From NCBI GenBank assembly GCA_963693365.1, contig CAVNZM010000003.1, positions 7,621,312-7,685,311 of the forward strand: a stretch of 64,000 bases of DNA, read 5' to 3'. Origin of the DNA: Amoebidium appalachense (lineage: Eukaryota > Protista > Ichthyosporea). Under the pieces are notes generated by a model. It was not told the origin of the DNA, searched no databases, and worked only from the letters and a program-made list of their open reading frames with translations. A program made the translations under genes and the position numbers. Position 1 is the first letter of the stretch, and each line of letters begins with the position of its first letter. Below are positions 1 to 17,896 of the stretch, piece after piece.

Positions 1-128
1 CATGCCAGCCAGCCATCTTCTACTTACTGTTCAGTAATTTTAGACACAAAAGGCCTTAAGCATATCGATCTCTTTCCAAAAAATTACATATTTGTCAATA
101 CTTCGTCTAACCTGTTCACTTCACGCAG

Positions 129-4648
<4,520 letters not shown>

Positions 4649-4954
4649 ATTTTAGATTTTATTTAGAAAACGAAACGTGGGTGCTTTGAGTTTGGTTGTT
4701 TGGAAAAGGCTGGGGGGACCCGAGGGCAGGCGCGGGGGATGGAGGGGGGGGGGGGGGGGGGGGGGATCGGATGAGAAAACGGCCCTTTTTAGCTATCGTT
4801 TAGTAGAACAGTCACTCTGAGGCTTCTCTTGCCTAACGGACCTCCCTTATGGGGTTAGACCACGTATCATGTTTGTGCGCATAATGAAAATATGAGCCAC
4901 ACTATCCATGTGAAGGTGGCAGCACTGATAAAGACTTTCTGGAAAAAAAATGGT

Positions 4955-4992
<38 letters not shown>

Positions 4993-5080
4993 AGTGTGTG
5001 TGTGGGAGGAGGAGGAGGGAGGAGGGGGGGGGGGGGGGGACAGAATGTAGGGCCTGTTAGACCCAGCAATCAGTGTGTGT

Positions 5081-5169
<89 letters not shown>

Positions 5170-5175
5170 ACGTGT

Positions 5176-5218
<43 letters not shown>

Positions 5219-6150
5219 ATGTCTGTGCGTGTGCGTGTGTGGTGATGACTCCTTTTATAACTCTGTTTTCAATTGCGAATTTAGATTTTGGCTCCCACTA
5301 AACCTTTGTGATCCTCACTTGTGTACTTTGATTTGTACTAAGTAGCGCACACAACCTCATGGTGCTTTATTGCGTTAAAAATAAGCGACATTCTTGCAAT
5401 TGAGGATCTCTTTTATTGGGGCGGCCGATACACAAACACGTGCACTGCATGACGGTATCCACCTGTTGCGTTCTCGGCTGCATACCAACACTTCCATGTG
5501 CATGCATTTGTCTCGAGTACTGGCTGGCCACCCAAAACTGGTCGGGCTCCGATCGCGTGAAAGAAGTTACAGTCACGGATGTTAGATTGTGGGATTGCTT
5601 GCCCATTGGAAACTGCATATCGATATCAGGGGCACAGTGGTTTGCTGCTACTTGGCCTTAACTAAGACGTGTAAGACAAAGGCAGAGCAGAAAGGCAAAG
5701 AGCCGCGGTATCCACCTGAAAGCGGATGTCCTTAAAACGAATTTTTCAGGAAAAGAAAAGTTGGGGGGAGGGAGGGGGGGGAGGGGGGTGGAAGGGGGGG
5801 GGGGGGGGGGGAGAAGAAAAATAAAGTGTAGCAGGGTCCGCACCCTAGAGAACCAGCAATTTCACTTGGTGCCAACTGGGCTGAAAAAACCAGGAGCGTG
5901 TCCGAATGTGATATCATAGTATTACCTTCAAAACTTTCAAAGGACGGAGGTGGTGGTGGTTGAAATGATGGTGGTGGTGGTGGTGGTGGGTGCCACTGGG
6001 TGGGTGGGGGTGGGGGGGGGAGGGTCGACCAGAGGGCTGCAAGTAATGTGTGGTTTTGCTGAGAGAGAGAGAGAGAGAAAGAGAGAGAGACGCAGAGAGA
6101 GGGGGGGGGGGGGGGGGGGGGGGGGGGGAGAGAGAGGAGGGGGGGGGGGG

Positions 6151-6218
<68 letters not shown>

Positions 6219-8867
6219 CAGAAATGAAATGGGGATACCTCCAAGAGGGGTGGGAGCAGCCCGGGAAAGGGGGGGGGGGGGGGGGGGGGGGAGGGGGGGG
6301 GGGAAGACAGATAGGAAAGGCGTGGAAAACCGGGGGGGGGGGGGGGGGGGGGGGGGACGGAGGGGGGGGTAAGACAGAGAGGAAAGACGTGGAAAAGAAC
6401 AGACTAGTATGTGAAGTTCTCTAAGCCTGGCAGGTGGCTAAATGTTTGCAAACTTGCATGTGGGGCGCTGCCGGATCGCTGTTTGAGCGCACACTTTTGC
6501 ACATGCTTGCACATGATGCTCCATGCAATGCGTACTTGGTACGTAATATTATGAAACAGGATGACCCATCCGGGCATATGATCACTCAAGATCACGGCGT
6601 GCACGTACGTTCCGTCTGGCTCGACCACCCAAAACCACAGTGTAAATCCTTCAAGTGTCTCAGCACAGAGTTTAACTTCTAACATGTATTTTGTTCCACT
6701 TTTTTTTGTTGTTGTTGTTGTTGGGAGGAGCCACGGAGCAAGGAGGAGGGGGGAGGGGGGGAAGTGGGGTAGAAGGCGTGGGGGGGGGGGGGGGGGGGGG
6801 GGGAGGGGAGGGGGGGGGGAGGGGGGGGGGGGCTCTCACAATAAACTGTCGAGGTACTGTAGATGACATCGCCTGCGGCTAGCTCAACATTCAGAGCACT
6901 CACTATAACTCAGTGACACTGTGCGTGTGTGTGATCTCAAAAGTTTTTGGGGTTGGCGATATTATTATTGTGTTTCATGTCACTTAGTGGGGGGAGGTGG
7001 CCATGGATGGGGGCGCTGTTGTGGTTTCAGGTTACTCATTGATTTTTTTATATTCAGTACGAGCTCGAACACGGCCCCGTAATGATTGTTTCGTGCGAAG
7101 GAACTAAAATCGTATTTAAGCAATTATTTGTGGGGCGGCCGATGAGGAAGGTCACACTTTTCTACCGACGAAACAACAGCATGCATACACGCAAGAAATC
7201 CAAGTGCATGCAATTAGTCATGCTAGCTGGCCACCCGAACCTGAATGTGATCCAACAGCATTCCATATCAACTAGTAATGGAGGTTTGATGGTGGGACAG
7301 TCTGCTGACCGACTGGTAAATTGCATACCGATTATCCAGGGCACGGTGTTTTGGTGGTGTTATGTACGGTACCTGAATGGGCAAATGCAGGGCATCTAAG
7401 AGCGCGGTATTCTCTTGAAAGCGGTGGTCCTGAAAAAAGTTTTTTCTGGGAAAATAAGCGCGGGGGGGGGGGGGGGGGGGAGGGGGGACTCGAAAAAATC
7501 CAAGCCGGGTTTGCATCCTAGACAAAGCAATTTCATCTGGTGCCAGCTGAGCTGTAAGAAAACCACTGCCAGCAAGTTCTGAGTTCACCTAATATCCTGT
7601 AAGAACAAATAGGACGGTGGTGAGTAGTGGTAGTTGAACGGAAGAGGGCGGCTTCCACATGTGCGATAAAATTGCAGAGGCCTAGAAGGCATTACTGGCT
7701 GGCTGCATCATCTCAGCATTCACGTTAACTCAATGCCGTGGTGGGATATGAAGTCTTAGAGTTGCTATGGTGGTTGTGGGTTGGCATGCGCATGTAGGGT
7801 CGCTGTTTTGGATTCGTATTCAACAAAAGCTGTCCTTACACTCAGTCGGTCCGACCTCGATTTCATGCTCGAGTCTGCACATTAATTGAACCGCTTGAAC
7901 ACATGATGACCCTGCTTTGTCTAAAAGAGAGTCTTGAGCAATAATTTTTGGGGCGACTGATGAATAAAGGCACGACATCACTCGTGAGACGTTGTCATCT
8001 ACAATTTTGCACACAACACTGCCATGTGTATCCATTGGTCACACTACTGGCCACCCAAATCTGAATGTGCTCCGATGGCGTATACCCGTGACGGTCCACA
8101 GTCATGGATGTATGATTGTAGGTTTGCTGGCCAATTGGTAGGTTTGCATGCCGATGGCCGGGGTGCTATCGGTGCAACTTTAGGCATGGCACAATCAATG
8201 GGTTAAGGCAGGGAAGCACGCACTAGAAGAGCAGGGGTGCCCACCTGAAAATGACGGCTGTGTAGGAAAAGCCTTCTTCGTTGAATTTCAAAGGGGGCCT
8301 CGGGGGTGGGGGGGGGGGTAAGGGGGGGGGGGGGGGGGGGGGGGGGATGGTGTGTGTGCGTGTCGGGGGGGGGGGGGGGGGGGGGGGGGGGGCATTGACA
8401 AAAACAGTTTTATTAGGGGGCAGCCAGGCCGCATCCTGGAACCAGAAAAACTTTTACCCTGGTAACGAGAACACAACATGTGGTAGCTTAACTGAATCAT
8501 ATTGACTTAGCGTACTACATAAAAGGTTACAAATATTATATAGGCAGTGATATCGGCGTAATAGTTTTTCTTTTTTCATACACTTGCAAACTGCATTGCA
8601 ATTATCCCGCAATCAAGCACATGCACATTTACACTGGGTTCTGAGCCGTCGGTTTGGGTGGCCGGCCCAATCTATTTAAGCGCACCCATGCACACAACAA
8701 TGTGCAGGCCATGAGCAGATGCATGATGTCAAGTACATAACGCATGACGTGCCTTATTCCATGCGCAGGTACTAAGCACACTGGCCGCCCCAAATAATGC
8801 ACACTATGCAGAAGAAAGCGGCCTCTCTGTCTGGCCTGTTGCCCCTGCAATGATCAATAGTTGCTTT

Positions 8868-8898
<31 letters not shown>

Positions 8899-9641
8899 GG
8901 GCTGCCCCACGCGAACATTAACACACACGGACTACTTTATGCACAGTCAAACTATTTACATACAGGACGTCCGACCACATACACAAATGAGCCGTGCGCA
9001 CACAGGCAAAAAAAATACTGGAGTGTTTGCATGAAGTTCTTTGCATAGTATTAAATTTTCTGCTAGTGGACACAAGCGGCTTGCACCCAAAACATACACA
9101 CACACACACTCACGGCCAAGCATAGACACGGCAAAACGACATATTTCTTGCAGCCCTCTGGTCGACCGTCCCCCCCCCCCCCCCCCCCCCCCAAAAAAAA
9201 ATAAAAAATAAAAAAATCAGCCATCATCCACCACAGTGACCTTCCTTTGGCTCGGAAACTTGAAAGATTTGCCACTGTTGCTATTACGGTCGATTCTATC
9301 ATAGGTTCGGACACAGATGTTTTTTAGCCCAGTTGGCACCAGGTGCCTTGGGTCTTTTTTATTTAATTATTTATTTATTTTTTATTTTTATTTTTATTTT
9401 TTTTTTGGGGGGGGGGAGGGGGGGAGGCGTGAGGGGGGGGATTGGTTGCGCCTTCCCCCCTTCCTCCCTCCCCTTAATCGAATCCCCCCACCACCCCCCG
9501 TGTATACTTACCTGAACTCATAGATAGCACCCTAACTAGTGTGCTGTCGGTGCTGTGTGGTAGACGGTAGTTTCCCTAGAGGGCCTGCAAACGCTCTCCG
9601 GGAACAAAACTTGATGAAAAAACCACGTCTGTCCCGGGGGG

Positions 9642-9675
<34 letters not shown>

Positions 9676-10032
9676 AGCACGAAAGCGGCAAATTTGTTAA
9701 GGGCCTTGGGGGGGGGGGGGGGGGGGGGGGGGAGGAGGAGGGAATTATGGGGAATGTTATGAAAGGGTGGGGACAGTTTTGGAATGTAACAGGAAGTATA
9801 GACAGACTTATTTATACATGGGGGGTAGTGGGGGGAGTCGATTTATGGGAGGGAAGGGGGCGGGGGGAGAACGCACGAAAGCGGCAAATCTGTTAAGGGC
9901 AGCGGGGGGGGGGGGGGGGGGGGAAGGGGTGTAGGGAATTATGGGAATGGTTGGAGGGGTGGAGGGGGGCAGGGGGTTGGGGGGGGGGGGGAGGAGGGAA
10001 TGTGTGGTTGTGCCGTGTGTGGGCTTGTGTGT

Positions 10033-10146
<114 letters not shown>

Positions 10147-10416
10147 GTTGGGGGGGGGGGGGGGGGGGGGATGGGTCAGTGAGGCCGCTGGCAGAGCCCA
10201 GATGCCGTTGTGGTTATAAGCCACATGATTCCTCTATGCATTGTAAGGTCCATGGATATTCATTTTTCTCTGCTTCTCATAAAACCTCTTATTTTGTACT
10301 AGTACTGATTCCTTTAAACAAGCACCATCATCAGGGATAACAAAATTCACTACCGCTTTTTCTTCTACACTTTCAAGTTGTTAAATTGTACGAAGTATTC
10401 TACGGAAGGAAAATAC

Positions 10417-10454
<38 letters not shown>

Positions 10455-10696
10455 GGGCTGTTTTACATGTCATTCAGACTAGAAGCAGCTACACCCACAC
10501 TAGGGCCGTCGCTAATGCGAGGGCGGTTCGAGGCCAACGACAGAAACACTATCATGATAACTAGGGCTTTTTTATTTTTTTCCTCCTTTTTGAAGGGGAA
10601 GGGGGTATACATTGGGGGGAGAGGGGAAGGGATGGGGTGGGGAGGGATGGGGGGAGGGGCAGGCGGGGGGGGGGGGGGGAGGTGGGAAGGGTGGGG

Positions 10697-10741
<45 letters not shown>

Positions 10742-11085
10742 GGTGTGTGTGTGTGTGTTTGGTTGTGTGGCTCTTCTGGCTCTAAAAGAACTTGTTAAAA
10801 TTGTTGGCCAAATCAAAGTGGAAACTGCGCATCTTTACTTCGGTGTCACTGGCTTCGAACGCTGCAAGCCCAAGCCATCCAGGCAGCTTCCTTTTGCAAG
10901 CTTAATGTTGGGTGGCCAGAATTCCGTCTGCCGCTTGCACCTTTGCACATGCATGCACACATGCTCCATGCAAGACCTAGCTAGAACATGATCCTTAATG
11001 CTTCAGTATTTGGTTCCGCTTTTTTTATTTTTTTTTTTATTTCAAAGTCTCCCCATTGCGGGCGGGCGGGGCGGGGGGAGGGGGT

Positions 11086-11122
<37 letters not shown>

Positions 11123-11253
11123 TACAATAAAACTTCCGAGGTTTAGATGACATTGGCTAGCTCAAACTTTCGAGCATCCACTCTTACTCGCTGTGAATGT
11201 GTGTGCTATCATGAGCTTTTGGGTTTACCAATTCAAGTTTTTTTTTTTTTTTT

Positions 11254-11298
<45 letters not shown>

Positions 11299-11916
11299 GG
11301 GGAGGGAGGAGGGCGCTTGTGCGGGTCTGTGTATTTGGAGTGGTGGGGGGATGGAGTGGCCCGAGGGGGGTTTTAAGAAAGACGGGGGAAGGGGGGGTGG
11401 CGGTTTGTGTGCACGTGTGTGTGTGGGGGGGGGGGGGGGGGAAAGGGGGGGAGGGGAAAGGGGGGGGATGGATTCTTGCGGTTTCACGGAACTCATTCAT
11501 CCAAGGTGGATTAAACTGCACATCCGATACGTTTTTCGGTGTCACCGGAACAGCCCCTTTGCAGGTGGATTACTTTTGCAAGTTTGCATGTCGGGTGGCC
11601 AGTTAATTGCTTGAGATTCAACTGGATACACAGCTACAACAGCCCTGCCCTCGAACTCGACAAGAACCTGTGCACGTGCCAGTGCAACTTTTAGCTTTGG
11701 GCCGCCACCCGGCCTAAGTTCGATGCCTTTCCCAGGTATAAAGCTTCGATTGTGGGATAAGCAAATCCTGTAGCAGAGGTTTTGGACTGACTCGTGATCC
11801 AGGAGGATTATATTTCACGTGACCATCGAGGAGTGAGGACACACTAGACCTGCAATAATCGTATTTGGTTCTGCTTTTTTTCTGTGGGGGGGTTTTTTTT
11901 TTTGTTTTTGTTTTTA

Positions 11917-11947
<31 letters not shown>

Positions 11948-12663
11948 GCACTTACAAGAAAACTGCCGGCGGTTTAGATGACATGGGCTCACTTTTACTC
12001 GCCTGGAAGGGTGTGTGATCCCCATTTTTTAGGGTTGCTATTATTGTATTATTTTTCTATTATTAATTTCTTTTTTGTGGCCCCTGGGGATAGGGAGGCG
12101 GGGGGCCTGTCGTCCTTGCAATTGGTTGTTCATTTATTGAAATTTTCCTTTACATTGGTTAAGCGCAACCCAGATTTCAAGCCGGGCACGTAATAGTGTA
12201 TGCGGAATTCACCACCTTCCTATGATGTGATGTGTAAATGTTGTCTTAGCAATTATATGTGCGGGCAGCCTCTAATAAAAATAAAATAAAATAAAAGATA
12301 AAATAAAAATAAAATAAAATAAAAACCCTCGATATATCCAAACATGTCATGCACACCACACACTTGCACGTGTATGCATTCATCAATACAGGTGGCCACC
12401 CAAATCTGCAGTGTTCAGCAATTGCATATATCAGTCCACAACCATGCACCCTTGATTGTGGGGCGACTAGCTGGCCTTCTGTAAAATGCATATTGATGTC
12501 GTGGCCACGGTGTTTTGGTGCAACCTTAAGCAGCAGGGCACACTGAAAAATGGACACGAAGATGAAGGTAGAGCCTCAGGCAGTCATAGAGCAGCGGAAA
12601 CCACCTGAAAACGGTGGTACTTGACAAGATTTTGCCGGAGGAAAAAAAAAGAGCGGGGGCCCG

Positions 12664-12739
<76 letters not shown>

Positions 12740-13181
12740 GGGGGGGGGGGGGGGGGGGGGGGACAAACTTCTAGTTTTAATTAGGGGCAGCACCCGAGAC
12801 CCAACAACCCAACAATCTCGCCTCGACCAGGTGCCAACTGTAAAACCACTGTACCCGAAATTAAAAGTAACCCCGTAAACAAAAACATTTAAGGGACGTT
12901 GATAAATGTTCAATTAGTCAAATGGGGGGGGGGGGGGGGGGAAGGAGGAGGAACGGCCCGGGCGGGGGGGGAGGGGGGGGGGGGGGGGGGAGGGGGGGTG
13001 GGGTGGGGTGGGGGGGAGGGGGAGGACGGGCCGTGGGGAGGGGATTGGACGGTCGACCATAGAGCTGCAAGATGTGTGTTTTTTGCCGTCACGGTGTGTG
13101 CTTGTGTATGTGTGAGATGTGTGTTTCGGGGGGGAAAGGGGGAGGGAAGGGCGAGCAAAGGACCGGGGGCGGGGGGAGGGG

Positions 13182-13487
13182 TGTCGAACAGGATAGCCAT
13201 CCGGTATGCCCTGCGTTAGCGTAGCACTAGTGATCGGGAATATTCGAGATATTCGGGATAAACTGGTGGATAGGTTCACGATAGATCAGGATAGATCTAG
13301 AAGAGTCTAGAAGATTCTATTGGAGTGTTTTGATTGGTAGCGACTAGATCCATAGCGGCGGGTAGACCAATCGGGAATAGTATGTAACATTCCAGTGAGC
13401 CAGACCACAAGTATATAAAGGTCCCGGCGGGCCAGTCAATGGAAGTCAGCAAATAATAAAGTCTCACAGAGAAACCTCTAAGTTACA
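13182..13487 (+). mobile_element. Solo LTR (306 bp)
   Basis: Begins TGT and ends ACA, flanked by the 5-bp direct repeat AGGGG (13177-13181 and 13488-13492). Contains CCAAT (~13367), a TATA box (gtatataaag, 13411) and AATAAA (~13455) in LTR order. Homopolymer-free island inside a G-tract. The TSD is low complexity. Confidence 0.72.
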
Positions 13488-13764
13488 AGGGGGGGGGAGG
13501 GGGGTAGGACCGAGGGAAGGAGAGGGTGGTTTTGTGGCGCCACATTCATCCAGGTGGCCAACTTGAATTAAACCGTACTCTGTCTGCGCCGGGATTCAGT
13601 ACATAAACAGTCCAAGCCTTGCAGGTGGCTTCCTTTTGCAAGTTTACAGGTGGGGTGACCAGAGGGCTTTTTGAACTCAAGCTCAGTCACAAAAGATATC
13701 GGTGCACTGATCATGTGCACGGCGCGCAACCATAAGGCCGCCCACCAAAGCCACATGGGCCGTA

Positions 13765-14168
13765 TGTTGGAAGTAGAGTCCGCTGTGACTAGGGTCGTCG
13801 TGGCGCGCTTGGGCGCTGACCCGTTTTTTACTGCTTTCAGTGTGTTAACTCCATGACTGAACTCCATGACTGAACTCCATGACTGAACTCCATTTCTGCA
13901 CCTGGCAGAGCCGTGGCTTATATACCCGTGGGGCAGCAGTCTGGAATGTAATCCGGATGCCAGGCGCTAATCGGATTGGTTACTTTCATTTAGAGATCTC
14001 TGGGACCAGTGAACCAATCGTTTGCAGTCAAAACACAATTGGCAACATTCCTCAACTATGCAGATGTGCATGTGGTGATCGAGTGTCAGCGTGTGTCTGT
14101 GTACACGGAACCAATTGTAAAGCTAACATACACATATTGTGGAGTGAGCGTAAGTCTGCACTCCAACA
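13765..14168 (-). repeat. 3' LTR of TRIM (404 bp)
   Basis: Direct repeat of 14477-14895. Contains three exact copies plus one variant of the 13-mer aactccatgactg, and a minus-strand TATA (ggtatataag). Confidence 0.92.
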
Positions 14169-14476
14169 CCCCTACCCAATTGGAGAAGTGTACACACCAC
14201 TAGAGAAGAGAGAGTGAGTGTGGCTGCTTGCAGGGTAGACCGGGGTGTGCATTCCACTGTGGTGCGTGCCCCGCCAATGAAGTGGAATACTTGACGTTCA
14301 CATTGATGTCGCAGGCTGCTGCGGATGGAGTTTGTGGAAGCGAAAGTCTCTACTTCACGGAAATACGCTCGCGGGTGTAGGGTACAGCCTAGAAGTCGGT
14401 TTCTGGCTCCTCCGTTCAAGGCGTCGTAGGGGACGTGAAGTTAGAGGCCGCGGTGTCGTGTCTGGGCCCATAACCC

Positions 14477-14895
14477 TGTTGGAAGTAGAGTCCGCTGTGA
14501 CTAGGGTCGTCGTGGCGCGCTTGGGCGCTGACCCGTTTTTTTTACTGCTTTCAGTGTGTTAACTCCATGACTGAACTCCATGACTGAACTCCATGACTGA
14601 ACTCCATGACTGAACTCCATGTCTGCACCTGGCAGAGACGTGGCTTATATACCCGTGGGGCAGCAGTCTGGAATGTAATCCGGATGCCAGGTGCTAATCG
14701 GATTGGTTACTTTCATTTAGAGATCTCTGGGACCAGTGAACCAATCGTTTGCAGTCAAAACACAATTGGCAACATTCCTCAACTATGCAGATGTGCATGT
14801 GGTGATCGAGTGTCAGCGTGTGTCTGTGTACACGGAACCAATTGTAAAGCTAACATACACATATTGTGGAGTGAGCGTAAGTCTGCACTCCAACA
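14477..14895 (-). repeat. 5' LTR of TRIM (419 bp)
   Basis: Differs from the other LTR by one extra 13-mer unit, two extra T in a T-run and about three substitutions seen by eye. Confidence 0.92.
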
Positions 14896-15056
14896 CCGTA
14901 GCCTTCCAGTGTGTAAGCAAATAGTATTCAAATTTCGATTTTGGTGGGATTATAAGCAGGTTCTGCACTGCAGCAGCAGAGGTTTTGGAGAACTTGTAAC
15001 ATCATCGTGTCAAAATTAGTATTATGATCATTGGCAATGCCAACTGCTGTCACTGT

Positions 15057-15172
15057 CAGGCTATATGATATGTTGTTATAGGTTTCATGTGCATATTTTG
15101 ACCGCTAATGGATCCAGGCTATATGATATGTTGTTATAGGTTTCATATGTATATTTTCACCACTAATGGATC
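15057..15172. repeat. 58-bp tandem duplication
   Basis: caggctatatgatatgttgttataggtttcat...ctaatggatc occurs at 15057-15114 and 15115-15172 with a few substitutions. Confidence 0.85.
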
Positions 15173-15812
15173 GTGATGCACAATTGAAACCATTTCGTCG
15201 GCACAGAGCACAAGGCTTGTGCACGTGTGTAGGGCAAGCTCCCCGGAACTCACAGTTTAAGTTCGTGTGCTTAGTCATCAAGTACGTAACAGGGGAAGCT
15301 TGAGGGAGGGCCTGGGGGGGGGGGGAGAGGGAGGGGGGGGGGCTGCAGGAGGGGAGGGGGGGGAGGGGGGCCGGGTGGGGGGGGGGGGGGAGGGGGGGGG
15401 GAGTGGGGGGGGGAGGGGCCGGGGGAGGGGGGGGGGAGGAGGAGGGGGCTATGCGATGCATATAGCTTCTTTTTCGTAGCCGATGTACATGAGTTACCCT
15501 CACGGTTGACTCATGATGGCTTTGAGTACAGTCGTCTTGTAACAGTCGAAGAGCTCTTTGTAGGGTGGCTGGTGAACTGACACCCTTCTTGTGGGTTACG
15601 TCCGTGCACACTCCACACCTCCATGTGCATGCATGATAACGATTGGTCATGCCACCGTGCCACCCAAATCTGAATAGCAATAGCTCTGAAACACATGTAT
15701 GGTGACGAACCTGAACTGTCTAAGGGGTCAAAGGAAGCCCAGTGACTAAAAATCCAAGACCTGTGCGCAACACATTCAAACTCTGCGCCCTCGCAGATCC
15801 ATTCCTGGTAAG

Positions 15813-15845
<33 letters not shown>

Positions 15846-16099
15846 TCTTCCCATCCCCCCTCCCCCCTCACCCCTCCCCCTACCCCCCTTCCTCCTCCCC
15901 CCTTCCCTCCCCCTGTGTGGCCTATTTATTGACAGTAGATAAACTACGGTCAGCCTGTAGCCACCCTCTGGCCCGCCGCGGTTAATAATTCTTGATATCG
16001 CGGTTCGATACCACCGTGAGAGAACTACTCTGCATAAAAACTCTTTTCTGAGGCTTTTCGTCTCTTTTTCCTGCCCCCCCCCCCCCCCCCCCCCCCTCT

Positions 16100-16258
<159 letters not shown>

Positions 16259-16273
16259 CCCCCCCCCCCCCCC

Positions 16274-16349
<76 letters not shown>

Positions 16350-17293
16350 GCCCTCCCCCTGTTCCAGGCCTGGATCCTCTTTCTCTCCCTCTCTATTTTG
16401 CGCCGCGAAGTTAACAATAGCTTAATGTGTGGCTCGAGATCACCGTTAATAAAACAGCTCTGTCAGATCATGATGATAAAAAAACCCTTTTCTAACTCGA
16501 CTGATTTTCGTCTCTTCTCTCTCCCCCTAGGGCCCCCCCCCCCCCCCCCCCCCCGCTCTCTTTCTCTCTCTCTCCCCCTCTCCCTCTCTCCCACTCTCTT
16601 TCTCTCCCCCCTCCCCTCTCCCCCCCCCCTAGGTGGTGATCACACACCACACCCCCCCCCCCCCCCTTCCTCTCTCTATTCCCCCCCCCCCACCCCCCCA
16701 CCCCCCTTTTTTGGGAAGGCGAGGCGGGAGGGTGGGGAAGGAGGTGGGGGGGACGGGGGGGAGGGGGGTTGAACGAAAGTGTTCAAACTAATTCTAAGCA
16801 TTTCAGTCTCAGAGTGTTACCGACCAGCCCAAGCCTGGCTGCGCAGGGCATTCTTCTGCGCAAATTCTATATGACGCGGGGGGGGGGGGCATTGTGCTAA
16901 CATGTACGGTAACATGCGCACGTATGTCACGCAAAGTACTAGCTAGTAATACTTGGCACCGTAACCTACATTACACATTGTGTCGAGGCCGTGTGCAAGC
17001 CTCGGTAATGTTTACTACTCTTTGCATCAACACTGATGTCAGAGGCCATGGTGTTGTACTAGTGATTAGGTTACATCACTCGGGATAACGGCGGAGCAGA
17101 CAGCCTGGCAGTCAACGTCAAAGAGCCGCTGTACCCACCTGAAAATGGCGGGGCTGAAAAGGATTTTGCGGGAGAAGGGGAATGGGGGGGGGGGGGGGGG
17201 GGGGGGGGGGGAGAGATGCTGGAGTGGAGGCTGCTATGTATGGTGCACGCACCGTGCAATCATCGGATATATATAGTATAGTATAGTATACAG

Positions 17294-17896
17294 TACAAGA
17301 ATAAGGGCAATGTGAAGTGTGACGCAGCCCGCATGAGCAACCCCAACGGGTGCAATCCGAACAACTGCTGCGCTGTGCAGAACACGAAGGGCAACTGTTC
17401 CCAATTTTTCTCTCCTTCACAGTGCACCGGACTGGCATACGCCGGTCTCGACGCAAACAAGAGATGCACCCTTTATAGCCTATACACAACGAAAGATAAG
17501 GATGCATGCACCCCACAGTACTGCTGCACGGCCACACCCCCCATCACGGCACTGTGCACTCAGCAGGTCACATGCGTGAAGGGGTAAAAGAACAAGAAAG
17601 GCGTCACAAACAACCCCAATGCCAAGGATACATGTTCCACTGCATATTGCTGCAACGAGGTGGTCCCAGCCCTCCTGCCATGCACGAGTGACTATGTTAA
17701 AACCACGTTCAAAATCAGTTGTAAGGGCGGGATTATCCCAACCATCCCGCGTATGTGCAACCCACGCCTCGACAACCCGACTCTTCCCAAGGGCCGCCGG
17801 TCCGCACGCGGAACGGATGCGCTTGACCCTTTCAGGTTCACAAAGGAGTGCACACAGGCATGGTGCTGCCCTCAAACAGCTGCAAGTCTTCAATAA
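17294..17896 (+). pseudogene. Cys-rich repeat protein (C-x4-CC repeats), terminal exon with in-frame TAA
   Basis: After the acceptor atacag, one frame runs YKNKGNVKC...CNPNNCC...CTPQYCC...CVKG*KNKKGV...CSTAYCC...CTQAWCCPQTAASLQ*. Track ORFs 17312-17587 and 17660-17896 are the same frame, split only by TAA at 17585-17587. No upstream exon identified. Confidence 0.7.

Larger units (their letters stand above)
13765..14895 (-). mobile_element. Non-autonomous Ty1/copia-type LTR retroelement (TRIM)
   Basis: Two near-identical LTRs (13765-14168 and 14477-14895) with TGTTGGA...TCCAACA ends and a perfect TSD CCGTA (13760-13764, 14896-14900). On the minus strand: PBS GGTTATGGGCCCAG (14462-14475) right after the 5' LTR and PPT GGGTAGGGG (14169-14177) before the 3' LTR. 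The 308-bp internal region has no recognisable coding remnant. Confidence 0.93.

Noticed and set aside
13847-14625. Short direct repeats resembling a CRISPR array
   Set aside because: Head-to-tail 13-mers with no spacers, inside eukaryotic LTRs, and no cas genes.
13879-15019. Duplicated ORFs MTELH.CTWQ.RGLYTRG…
   Set aside because: They are translations of the two LTRs on the antisense strand of the TRIM, not duplicated genes.
17585-17587. Stop-codon reassignment (TAA as a sense codon)
   Set aside because: Single case. The assembled conserved genes contain no comparable internal stops and terminate at TAA (GPCR), TGA (DCAF12) and TAG (UCKL1).
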